A DNA stretch of 64,000 nt from a virus, in the IMG/VR virus record IMGVR_UViG_3300021142_000007, positions 32,001 through 96,000 of that record; one strand, 5' to 3'. The position numbers were made by a program, and so were the translations under genes. This document shows, piece after piece, positions 1 to 8,972 of the stretch (position 1 is the stretch's first letter; each line of letters starts with the position of its first letter). The notes beneath the pieces were generated by a model, which saw only the letters and a program-made list of their open reading frames with translations, had not been told where the DNA came from and searched no databases.

Positions 1-61
1 ATACGACTTCGTTGTTATTTATTAGTTCGGTTAATTCGGTTGCGTTAATGTCTTTACTCAT
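1..61 (-). CDS. 5' fragment of a gene running off the window (MSKDINATELTELINNNEVV...), possibly thioredoxin-like
   Basis: Manual translation from ATG at 61; upstream ATATTTAT motif; active site not visible. Confidence 0.3.
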   Translation of the reverse strand, partial: MSKDINATELTELINNNEVV

Positions 62-122
62 TTTAAAAATTTTTTTATTATTGTTATAGTTATAAATATA
101 CAAAAAGATTCTTAAAAAATCA

Positions 123-374
123 ATGACGGATTCAGAAATAATTTGGAAATACCTTTCAGGATTGATACAAGATGACCACTTGGTTGTTTACTTGTATTGC
201 TGTGGACAAAAATTTAGCCAAGAAAACGCTAAAAAAAAGGTATTTGATGATATATACCCTGTATTTAAAAAAGCAATGCCAGATAGCCTACTGAAAACCA
301 GCATAAAGGCCTTCTTGGACTACAAGAAAACACAATACATAAATGCTGAAATTACCGTCAAATCAATTTATTGA
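123..374 (+). CDS. hypothetical protein
   Basis: 83-aa ORF. Confidence 0.55.
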   Translation: MTDSEIIWKYLSGLIQDDHLVVYLYCCGQKFSQENAKKKVFDDIYPVFKKAMPDSLLKTSIKAFLDYKKTQYINAEITVKSIY

Positions 375-681
375 TGTCGTCATTTATCGGTAAGCAAGAC
401 TTCATTTGACGTACTGGTGATTCAAAGATTAAATACTTTTCTTGAATAAAGAATTTGTAGATATAGTCTACGCTCATTTGACGGTCAAATGCGAATAGCT
501 TACCGATAACCTTAGCAATGAATAAGACTTGAGACTCAACAACCTTATCGATATCATTGTTCTCCAGCTTTATTTTTATTATCCTACAGAAGTTTAAATA
601 TGTGCTATATCTCGTCTTTTCAAAGATACCATAAGACGATTCACATATATTCATATAAACATGGTTTTCAAATTTTCTCAT
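358..681 (-). CDS. hypothetical protein
   Basis: ORF; ATG at 681. Confidence 0.5.
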   Translation of the reverse strand: MRKFENHVYMNICESSYGIFEKTRYSTYLNFCRIIKIKLENNDIDKVVESQVLFIAKVIGKLFAFDRQMSVDYIYKFFIQEKYLIFESPVRQMKSCLPINDDINKLI

Positions 682-700
682 TTGCAAGATATTTATTGAT

Positions 701-955
701 ATGTATACACAGTATGAAAAAGACTTTATATTAAGGTTTCTTGTTAAGAATTATCCAGTTATTAGATACAAAAACGGTGTCCACTTCAAGAGAGCCATCA
801 ACACTGGGTTTCATGTTTATTTCCTTAGCGAAGAAGACTCATATGATAAATTGAGATATGAATTAGCTTCTTTATTGAACATTATATTTGGTTATGAAGA
901 ACCATTCTTAATGCCTATCGTAGATAAGTACTTACCATCAAAGCGCAAAAAGTAA
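701..955 (+). CDS. hypothetical protein
   Basis: 84-aa ORF with ATATTTAT just upstream. Confidence 0.7.
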   Translation: MYTQYEKDFILRFLVKNYPVIRYKNGVHFKRAINTGFHVYFLSEEDSYDKLRYELASLLNIIFGYEEPFLMPIVDKYLPSKRKK

Positions 956-1116
956 TTATTTTTTTTATATTACTTAGTATAATCATCAATGGTGTTAGTG
1001 TAAAAAACAATATGCTTGGATGTCCTTCACCACATAATCCAAATAAGTGTTTAATAATTTCTGTCATGTATCTTTAATTTGATACAAAGGTACGGAATTT
1101 TTTTGACAATGTCAAA

Positions 1117-1563
1117 TTAAAATGTCTGCGTTCCAACTTCGACTCTCCTGAAATCCTTGAATACATCAGCACTATCGTTACTTGTGTATCTATCAGAAAC
1201 ATCCTCTAGGTCACTAAGCATCAAGGCCAACGTATCTATCTTAGGACTTACCTTATCCCTAGCGTTGTACATCTGCATGTCAAAATTGTCCTCTGGAAGA
1301 GTTTCTATATACGCTGAACACTCATCATAGGCTTTATCAACCAATCCCTCAATACTACTTAATTCTTTTTTTAACTTAGGTATTAAATTATTGTCGTGTA
1401 TTATCTCATCTACGCTTAATACTAGTATCTTTCCGTATAATTTATTAACCTCAATAGCAAGCTTATTACATAATGCTATGAATTTGGTTAATGGATTTTG
1501 CGCTTCTTCTTCTTTCATGAAACCTAAACGCATGGCCTGGCTTTCTGTAATCTTAATTTTCAT
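1117..1563 (-). CDS. putative virion-associated protein (MKIKITESQ N-terminus)
   Basis: Same N-terminal motif as the adjacent gene; 5-nt gap. Confidence 0.6.
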   Translation of the reverse strand: MKIKITESQAMRLGFMKEEEAQNPLTKFIALCNKLAIEVNKLYGKILVLSVDEIIHDNNLIPKLKKELSSIEGLVDKAYDECSAYIETLPEDNFDMQMYNARDKVSPKIDTLALMLSDLEDVSDRYTSNDSADVFKDFRRVEVGTQTF

Positions 1564-1568
1564 GTCTT

Positions 1569-1937
1569 TTATTTTTGTTTAATTATCAATTCGCCTAATG
1601 CTTCCAACTTACCAACTAATTCTTGAAATGCTATTTGTTCTATATTCATAGAGTCTTTGGTTGATGAGTATAACTTTTCTAGTAATTTTTTATATTCAGC
1701 TTTGGCTTCATCTAGCTCCATCTTTCCGCTGGCGGCTTTTTTATAATAGGGTAATTTTACCTTGAAATGATGATATGTTAACATAGAAGGACCACCTTTC
1801 TTTTCAGCGTTATCAGCTATCTTTTCGGCACCATTCAAACGAGTTTCAGCAAATTCTTCGAATGCATCTAGCGTCTTTGCTTCCAATAAAGCATTCATCG
1901 TTCTTTTATACTGTTCTTCGGTTATTTTAATCTTCAT
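1569..1937 (-). CDS. putative virion-associated protein (MKIKITEEQ...LLE N-terminus)
   Basis: ATATTTAT upstream; N-terminal ITE/LLE motifs. Confidence 0.6.
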   Translation of the reverse strand: MKIKITEEQYKRTMNALLEAKTLDAFEEFAETRLNGAEKIADNAEKKGGPSMLTYHHFKVKLPYYKKAASGKMELDEAKAEYKKLLEKLYSSTKDSMNIEQIAFQELVGKLEALGELIIKQK

Positions 1938-1992
1938 GTCTTTTTTTAGTATAAATATCTTGATTTCTCAAAAATTTTTAGTATATTTGATT

Positions 1993-2460
1993 ATGGCAAA
2001 TCTTAATTTTAAAAAAGACCTAGAACTATCTAGCGTAGGTGAACTAAAGGTAAAAGAATTTTTGGAATCGAAAGGATGCATTTACCAAGCTTCCAACAAC
2101 GATAATAAGTTTGATTTGAAGATGACCAAAAATAATAAAGATACAACATACGAAATAAAAACCGACTTCAAGTGCGCTCCGCTTTTTGATACTGGAAACC
2201 TATTTATTGAGTATGAATGCCGTAACCGACCTTCTGGTATTAGCGTAACACAAGCTGATTGGTTTGTAACACATTTCCTTTATCTCGATGAATTATGGTT
2301 CATAAAGAGCGAAGACCTCAAAAAACTTATATTCGATAATAATTTTCCAGTATTTATCGATGCTGGTGATATAAACAGCGAAACCAAGGGTTACCTAATA
2401 AACAGAAAAAATTATCGAAACTACTTTCATGTCTACAAAACCCAAACAACTACTAATTGA
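1993..2460 (+). CDS. PD-(D/E)XK nuclease-like protein
   Basis: GE...FDL...YEIKTD motif; ATG at 1993 after TATATTTG. Confidence 0.65.
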   Translation: MANLNFKKDLELSSVGELKVKEFLESKGCIYQASNNDNKFDLKMTKNNKDTTYEIKTDFKCAPLFDTGNLFIEYECRNRPSGISVTQADWFVTHFLYLDELWFIKSEDLKKLIFDNNFPVFIDAGDINSETKGYLINRKNYRNYFHVYKTQTTTN

Positions 2461-3022
2461 ACTAATCCCCAAAACCTGTCACTTCAGCAATGTCCGAACA
2501 ACCGTTTCCGCTAAGGACTGGGACACCATAAGACTAATATCATACGAAGCCGCTGGCCATAAGTGCGAAATATGCGGAGACTCTGGCCTTAATCAAGGTT
2601 ATAAGCACAGAGTTGAATGCCACGAAATATGGGAATATGATGACGAAAAACACGTTCAAAAATTAGTGGGTCTCATATCCCTATGCCCTACGTGCCACCA
2701 AGTAAAACACTTCGGACGAGCAGTCATGATTGGAAAGAAAACCATCTGCGTCAAACAAATGGCTAAGGTAAATAAGTGGACACTAGCTAGGGTGGAACAA
2801 CATATCCTAGAATCATTTTCGGTGTATTCTGAGCGTTCTAAGCACGAATGGCTGCTGGATATATCAATGCTGGCTAAACCGCCCTATAACATCGTTCTAA
2901 AGCCTCAAAAAAAAAGAATATTCGAGGTTAAGAAATACAAGAAAAAGAAAGCAACCAAAAAGAAAACAGCCGCTAAAAAAGCAGCTGCTAAAAAGACCAA
3001 CAAGCGTCCTAAGAAACGCTAG
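2429..3022 (+). CDS. HNH endonuclease-family protein with Lys/Ala-rich basic tail
   Basis: CEICG...ECHE...LCPTCHQVKH; C-terminal KKKKATKKKTAAKKAAAKK. Confidence 0.75.
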   Translation: MSTKPKQLLIELIPKTCHFSNVRTTVSAKDWDTIRLISYEAAGHKCEICGDSGLNQGYKHRVECHEIWEYDDEKHVQKLVGLISLCPTCHQVKHFGRAVMIGKKTICVKQMAKVNKWTLARVEQHILESFSVYSERSKHEWLLDISMLAKPPYNIVLKPQKKRIFEVKKYKKKKATKKKTAAKKAAAKKTNKRPKKR

Positions 3023-3380
3023 TTAGCATATTTTCTTGGTACCAGATAACAAACTTAACAACAAGCTTCCAAGCTGCTTGTATATCCGATTGTTCTTGTG
3101 TGATGTATTCTGCATGACTAAATGAAAAGTGCTTATAGAACTTGCCACCACTTTCAACCGTACAAGACACATAGGTCTTAAAGATGGCAAACTGTGTTGC
3201 CTTGTTAAGAGAATTTATCTTTCTTATTACTGGCATCAAAGAATCCCAAGAAGTATCATAACTAAATGATACTGCTGAAAAGGTCTGAGAAGCATTGTTG
3301 GGGTTTAATAAAAATCCCTTATGATACTCCCAACCCATGAACTTAGCTATTTCTATGTTATTTTGTGTTATTTCGTTCAT
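3009..3380 (-). CDS. conserved phage hypothetical protein
   Basis: IAKFMGW...YDTSWDSLMPV motif. Confidence 0.65.
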   Translation of the reverse strand: MNEITQNNIEIAKFMGWEYHKGFLLNPNNASQTFSAVSFSYDTSWDSLMPVIRKINSLNKATQFAIFKTYVSCTVESGGKFYKHFSFSHAEYITQEQSDIQAAWKLVVKFVIWYQENMLTSVS

Positions 3381-3721
3381 TATTTGTATTTTTTGAACCA
3401 TAAGTTTCGGTTCTGGTTAATAATGATATACAAGTCTTCATCAGATAAAGCTACGCTCTTATCACCGCTTTCCTTGTACTTGTCTCTGTAGTCCCCCTGT
3501 AGTAGTATCTGAAACTTAGAGGATACATCAACGGTAAAGCTAATCACCATCGTAAATGGATTAAAAAACTCGGCACTTGGATTGCTTACAATCTTGGTTC
3601 TGTTTTCTTCGATTAATTCGTTAGCTTTATTGTAGATTGGTGTCGTTATCTTTAATAATAACTGACCCAACCAAAGCAAAGGCGTATTGCCTCTTACTCT
3701 ATTCATTGGTAACTTGCTCAT
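3380..3721 (-). CDS. hypothetical protein
   Basis: ORF coupled to neighbours. Confidence 0.6.
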   Translation of the reverse strand: MSKLPMNRVRGNTPLLWLGQLLLKITTPIYNKANELIEENRTKIVSNPSAEFFNPFTMVISFTVDVSSKFQILLQGDYRDKYKESGDKSVALSDEDLYIIINQNRNLWFKKYK

Positions 3722-4086
3722 TTCGTTTTTCTTTCGTTTATCAATCCAACCAAAAATCTCTCGAATTGATGCTTACACGCCAATTCCATATCCGATACCA
3801 TCATAGATGCCCTTATCTCATGCAATGAAATAAGATACTTATCGTCTTCTTTATAGGACGATATATCCAAGCCACTTGGCTTGGGTCTTTCCACCTTAGC
3901 CTCTGGCTTAGACGGCGAACCCTTTAATTGACCATATAATTCCCCGATTCCAATTTCCACGGAACCAGTCTTCATACCCTTGAGCTTCATGGATATCTTT
4001 TGCGTGGGGGTTAGCGTAATTTGAATCTCTCGCTCGTCAACCCTTATGGTTGTTTCCCTGCTTATGTCTTTGTCTAATGGGGTCAT
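3718..4086 (-). CDS. hypothetical protein
   Basis: ORF with TACCTTTG promoter upstream. Confidence 0.65.
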   Translation of the reverse strand: MTPLDKDISRETTIRVDEREIQITLTPTQKISMKLKGMKTGSVEIGIGELYGQLKGSPSKPEAKVERPKPSGLDISSYKEDDKYLISLHEIRASMMVSDMELACKHQFERFLVGLINERKTK

Positions 4087-4134
4087 TATCCTTTATTTTT
4101 GACAAAGGTACGAAATGTTTTTGTATTTTCCAAA

Positions 4135-4854
4135 TTAAACTTCAATTACCGACCAACTTCCATCGTGGTTTTCAACCAAAGCAGTCTTTGATTCTACCCA
4201 ATCACCAGAGTTCTTGTACTCCATTCCATCGATATCTCTTATCTCGGCCTTGTGTATATGACCGCAAATCACACCATCATATTCTAGGTTTTTTGCATGT
4301 TTAACCATATGACTCTCAAAGTCACCAACATACTTCGTTGCTTGCTTTACACTATCCTTTATTACCTTCGATAACGAGAAGTACTCAAGACCCCTCCAGC
4401 GTCTATACGTATTATAGTGCTTATTTATCCATAAGCACAAGTCATATCCTAAGCTTCCAAGCATTGCTAACCATTTCATATTTGTTATGAATACATCGAA
4501 TATATCGCCATGTATCACAAGATACCTCTTGCCATTGACCCCGATGTGTTCTATTTCAGATTTAATGCTAATATTACCTAAAGTAAACCCAATGAAATCC
4601 ATCAAGAACTCATCATGGTTCCCCTTGACCCAAATTACTTCGGTGTCCCTAGAAATCTTAAGTATCTTTCTTACAAGCTTCATATGCTCTTCCGTCCACT
4701 TGCTACCAGACTTCAAGGCCCATCCATCAATGATATCGCCATTTAGTATTAGCTTTTCACACTGGTTGTTAGCCAAGAATTCTGTTGCGTCACTGGCCCT
4801 TGAATAAGCGGAACCCAAGTGAATGTCCGATAGTATGATTGTTTTGTATTTCAT
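4135..4854 (-). CDS. UDP-2,3-diacylglucosamine diphosphatase-like (YbbF/LpxH-like) metallophosphoesterase
   Basis: SDIHLG, LNGDIIDGW, GNHD, HGDIFD, CGHIH, NSGDWVE motifs. Confidence 0.85.
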   Translation of the reverse strand: MKYKTIILSDIHLGSAYSRASDATEFLANNQCEKLILNGDIIDGWALKSGSKWTEEHMKLVRKILKISRDTEVIWVKGNHDEFLMDFIGFTLGNISIKSEIEHIGVNGKRYLVIHGDIFDVFITNMKWLAMLGSLGYDLCLWINKHYNTYRRWRGLEYFSLSKVIKDSVKQATKYVGDFESHMVKHAKNLEYDGVICGHIHKAEIRDIDGMEYKNSGDWVESKTALVENHDGSWSVIEV

Positions 4855-5543
4855 GACCAATAACCGATGTCTTTTTTAAATGCCTTTTTATTATTTCGTT
4901 GTAGTATGTTGAAAAAGAAGTATCTAGCCATTCCTAGCTTACCCATCTTCTTAAACCTCCTGTCATCCGTATATATGTACTTGTTTATTATTGCGAACTT
5001 TTTGTTGCTTATTTCCCTGCTCAAGAAGTAATCCTCGCAATGCATCAGCGATTCATCAAAACCCCCAAGCCTTTCGAAAGCCTCTTTTGTTATCATGAAA
5101 TAAGCCCCAACAACAAATGGCTTCTCCAACTTCGAAAACCTCATGACCATATTGGATAAGAAATACAAAAAGCGTATAAACGAATTCTTTTTTATGCTCA
5201 ATAAGGCACCAACCAATTCGTTACCCTCCTGTATCTTAATCAAAGACTCACGTATGAGTTCTGGGTCCTCGAACGTGGTGTCAGCATCCAAGAATAACAA
5301 GACATCACCCTTCGCAACCTCGGCTCCATTATTCCTTCCTACGCTAGGTAACCCACCAGATACCTTCTTTATTGGTAAAACATGGGAATAGGCTGAAATT
5401 ATCAACGGAGTCTTATCGGTGGAATCCGCGTCAGCCACTATGATTTCAACGTTTTTAGGTAGACGCTGCTTCTGTATTGCAGAAAACAACTTGCCTATAT
5501 AACGCTCTTCATTTTTACAAGGAATTATGATAGATAGTTTCAT
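4851..5543 (-). CDS. glycosyltransferase family 2
   Basis: SIIIPCKNEE, VADADSTD, GRNNG, FLDAD, GGFDE, ED motifs. Confidence 0.9.
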   Translation of the reverse strand: MKLSIIIPCKNEERYIGKLFSAIQKQRLPKNVEIIVADADSTDKTPLIISAYSHVLPIKKVSGGLPSVGRNNGAEVAKGDVLLFLDADTTFEDPELIRESLIKIQEGNELVGALLSIKKNSFIRFLYFLSNMVMRFSKLEKPFVVGAYFMITKEAFERLGGFDESLMHCEDYFLSREISNKKFAIINKYIYTDDRRFKKMGKLGMARYFFFNILQRNNKKAFKKDIGYWS

Positions 5544-5643
5544 ATTAATAAATATCTTTTATTACCAAGTAATCTAATCAATTTACATACATAACGATTT
5601 TTTAAACCAAGTCTAAGTATTTATACTAAAAGCTTCAGATACT

Positions 5644-6933
5644 ATGCAATTTATTATAAAACCCTCTGGGTTTATCTTGGAAAACGCTAAGCCACATCCA
5701 ACCAAATTGGATGAGTATGATTCATTATATGAAGTCGTTGAAGCAAGCCTAAGCCAAGAATTAACCATTCCAAAGGATGTCATGGATTCATTCAGAATCA
5801 AGGATACCCTAAACCCAGAAATATGGCCCAAAGGAAAGCTTGATGAAAAGGTAAAGAATCAACTAATGAAGATTGCTAGAGCCTTCATGAAAGATATAGG
5901 CATTCCGAAAGGAACCAAGATAAAAGATATCATCTTCACAGGTAGCCTAGCTAACTATAATTGGTCTAGGTTCTCTGATATAGACCTTCACATTGTGCTG
6001 GACCTAAATAAGTTTACAGGTAATCCACAAATGATTAGAGACTTCTTTACCGCACAAAAAACCCTCTGGAATAACCAACACGATATCAAGATAAAAGGCT
6101 ACCCAGTTGAATTATACGTACAAGATACCAACGAAAAGCTACACGCAACCGCCATTTATTCAATCGCAAGAGACAAATGGATTAAAAAACCCATAAGAGA
6201 AAAGCTCAGGGTCGATAAACAAACCATAAAAAACAAAGCCAAGCAATTCATTTCCAAGCTTAGAAACATACGCGATGCCTATAAGGACCATAAGTACCAA
6301 CAAGTCATCGATGACTCCACCAAGCTCAAGGATAAGATAAAACAAATGAGAAAGGCTGGCCTTGAAAGCGGTGGCGAATATAGCATAGAAAACCTCGTAT
6401 TTAAGGTGCTTAGAAGAACAGCCTTCATGGATTTGCTATCCGACCTTAAGGCCAAGGCCTATGATAAGCTCATGACCATATCAGAACAAGACCTAAATGA
6501 AGGCGAAGTTCTGAATAACACAGAGTTTAGGGTCAATAAGGGTCACGAAGATGACTACAACATAAGCGCAGAGTATAACGGTGACGAAATTGGTGTATTG
6601 GTTATATACGAAGTCGTTAACGGCTACTGGATGTTCGATGATGTGCTTAGCGAAGATGAATACGAAAAGATATTCCCAAATGACAAGTTCATAGACTTCA
6701 ATTACTTGAATATCCCAGATGCCAATATGAGAGGAGAAGGAATAGCTAAGAAACTTGTTAGTCTAGGTATAGAAGAAGCTAAGAAGCTAGGATATGCAAC
6801 CATATACCTAAACGCAAGCCCCATGGGTGGCAATGGACTTCCATTAAACGACCTAGTTGGATTCTATAAGCCCTTCGGCTTCAAGGAATTTAAGCACCAA
6901 GGAAATAATGTACTTATGGTAAAATACATATAA
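5644..6933 (+). CDS. Pol-beta-superfamily nucleotidyltransferase fused to a C-terminal GNAT acetyltransferase
   Basis: TGSLANYNW...SDIDLH...VELYVQD; C-terminal RGEGIA...GFYKPFGF. Confidence 0.75.
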   Translation: MQFIIKPSGFILENAKPHPTKLDEYDSLYEVVEASLSQELTIPKDVMDSFRIKDTLNPEIWPKGKLDEKVKNQLMKIARAFMKDIGIPKGTKIKDIIFTGSLANYNWSRFSDIDLHIVLDLNKFTGNPQMIRDFFTAQKTLWNNQHDIKIKGYPVELYVQDTNEKLHATAIYSIARDKWIKKPIREKLRVDKQTIKNKAKQFISKLRNIRDAYKDHKYQQVIDDSTKLKDKIKQMRKAGLESGGEYSIENLVFKVLRRTAFMDLLSDLKAKAYDKLMTISEQDLNEGEVLNNTEFRVNKGHEDDYNISAEYNGDEIGVLVIYEVVNGYWMFDDVLSEDEYEKIFPNDKFIDFNYLNIPDANMRGEGIAKKLVSLGIEEAKKLGYATIYLNASPMGGNGLPLNDLVGFYKPFGFKEFKHQGNNVLMVKYI

Positions 6934-7617
6934 ATGAAAGACATAATAAAAAAATTGCTCCGCGAAGCAATAATCAACCTACCAGATACAACCCATAAAC
7001 AAGAACTTAGGTATGCTTCGTACCCAAGCCTTAGCGACCCAAAGAAAAGAGCTGACTTGAACGATATACGTGCTAGGATTGCAAGAGCTTCAAGTATCGC
7101 AAGCTCCAGTGATAAAGAATACTTCAACTCCCCACAAGAAGGTGATGGCTTTTATCAAGTCGAATTCAGACACGATGGCAAGATAACAACCAAACACATA
7201 ATGCCAAGCGCAGATATGCTGCAACAAAGCGGCAAGTTCCAACCTAGTGATGTGGGAACATGCAAGGACTTCCAAAACATAGCTAGATACTGCTTCGTTA
7301 AGGCTGGAAAAGAAAACAAATCCATAGGAAAAAGCCCAGCAGAAGATGCCGCAAATAAAGCCTTGATTATATTTGCGGACCAAATACTAAGCTTCTACGG
7401 AGACTCATACATAGACCCAGAAAAATCAGCCCAGATATCCAAAGAAAAGATGTCCCAACAAATGGCTAAACACAAGGATACCAAAGATGCCTTCGATAAT
7501 AGAGAACGCAAGTCAACCATAAGCATGGACCCAACACAAGCAGCCGACATAGAAGCAAAACAAGCTGCCGCAAAAGCAAGACTAGAAAAGGCTATGGCAA
7601 GACTCAAGAAGTCCTAG
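6934..7617 (+). CDS. putative virion protein (IKKLLRE N-terminus)
   Basis: 227-aa ORF directly after the NTase gene. Confidence 0.65.
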   Translation: MKDIIKKLLREAIINLPDTTHKQELRYASYPSLSDPKKRADLNDIRARIARASSIASSSDKEYFNSPQEGDGFYQVEFRHDGKITTKHIMPSADMLQQSGKFQPSDVGTCKDFQNIARYCFVKAGKENKSIGKSPAEDAANKALIIFADQILSFYGDSYIDPEKSAQISKEKMSQQMAKHKDTKDAFDNRERKSTISMDPTQAADIEAKQAAAKARLEKAMARLKKS

Positions 7618-7829
7618 TAGCCCTTGACTTCCTTGAATATCAAGAATAACTCCTCTAGGCTGAATTCATCATGACCATCATGTGTCTCGAAATCCCCATC
7701 CGATGTAAGTATCTTATAGGTATTGCAGTCTGGTTGCTGTAATACACAACGAGTAATCCATTTATGCATGGGCAGTATCTTGAACATAGGCTCGTTCATC
7801 CACTTGGCAAATTCAATAGCTATTTCCAT
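7614..7829 (-). CDS. hypothetical protein
   Basis: ORF with TATCTTTG promoter upstream. Confidence 0.6.
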   Translation of the reverse strand: MEIAIEFAKWMNEPMFKILPMHKWITRCVLQQPDCNTYKILTSDGDFETHDGHDEFSLEELFLIFKEVKGY

Positions 7830-7875
7830 ATTTGATTTTTATGCAAAGATACGATAAATAATTCAAACAAACAAG

Positions 7876-8346
7876 CTAATAAGTCTTATTAGCATAGAAT
7901 CGCATATATGATAATAAGCAACCGCCTCGCAAGTTATGCCACTTATCATCGTTAATCCTTATGCCCATACGCCTACCAAGCCTATAACCCTCGTCCCATG
8001 CCTTGAATTCCTCTTCAAGACAAGATACTTGATACACAACCCTGCGCTTATACTTGTCATCCCCTTCGTTGAAATGCTTGTCCTCGGCTTCAGCACTTAT
8101 GGGAAGCAATTCCTTGAACCTCGTCCAATCCTTGCGCAATACATGATGACCCAACTCGTGCAATAATAGATAAACCATGGTCTCCACTGGATTCTTCTGG
8201 ATGTATATCTTATTTGGCCAATTAAGTGTACGGTTAACCCAAGTTATCTCCGATATGCTATCATGGTCAAGTATAACCTCGTAACCCTCCTTGTTAGCCC
8301 AAGTGGTTAACCTATCCAGTGCTTTGGTGTAGTTATAGCGTCCCAT
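7876..8346 (-). CDS. HExxH zinc metallopeptidase-like protein
   Basis: LLHELGHH and downstream EEEFKAW. Confidence 0.65.
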   Translation of the reverse strand: MGRYNYTKALDRLTTWANKEGYEVILDHDSISEITWVNRTLNWPNKIYIQKNPVETMVYLLLHELGHHVLRKDWTRFKELLPISAEAEDKHFNEGDDKYKRRVVYQVSCLEEEFKAWDEGYRLGRRMGIRINDDKWHNLRGGCLLSYMRFYANKTY

Positions 8347-8440
8347 AACCATAAATATATCGTAATCGATATACATCGATTAATTTCATATAGAAATTAA
8401 AGCCTTTGATAAGTATTCACGTATTTATAACAAAAACACC

Positions 8441-8656
8441 ATGAAAACCCAAAGACAAACCATAAAGGAAAACCTAGATGCACTTAAGGACCAACCTAAG
8501 CTGGTTAATAAAGAAGAAACCCTTGGAGGACTAATGCAAAAAAAAGACCGATTAATTGCTGAAAGAAACGCTATTAACGCTCAAATCAAAGAGGTGGAAA
8601 AACAAATCCGTATATGGGAAAAACAAATCTCCCCTAACCAAACAACCATGTTCTAA
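8441..8656 (+). CDS. small coiled-coil protein
   Basis: GTATTTAT upstream; heptad-like pattern. Confidence 0.65.
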   Translation: MKTQRQTIKENLDALKDQPKLVNKEETLGGLMQKKDRLIAERNAINAQIKEVEKQIRIWEKQISPNQTTMF

Positions 8657-8682
8657 ATCCTAGAGCAAAATTTCTAGAAATA

Positions 8683-8896
8683 TTTTTTTTTGAAATAGGG
8701 GTGGTCTTATTTTTAAGGTCAAAAATCCTAAAAAAATTTTTTTTTGAAATGGGGTAGGCCTCTTTTTAAGGTCAAAAAAAATTCCAGGAAAATTTCGCGT
8801 AAATCATCATGCCCCCTATATAGGCGTGGTACGGGGGGGTATGTAAGGGGGGTAACGGGGGGAGGGGTACGTAGGGGGGTCTAACGGGGGGAGGGG
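8683..8896. repeat. non-coding boundary: two imperfect ~43-bp direct repeats followed by seven G4-7 tracts
   Basis: T-run-GAAAT.GGG...TTTTTAAGGTCAAAAA twice; TAACGGGGGGAGGGG twice within 8833-8896. Confidence 0.85.
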
Positions 8897-8972
8897 TTAT
8901 TCATAGGACAAAGATAAAAAAAGCCCCTCACATTTGCAAGGGGCTTTTTGTTAAAGAATGTTAAAAAACATA

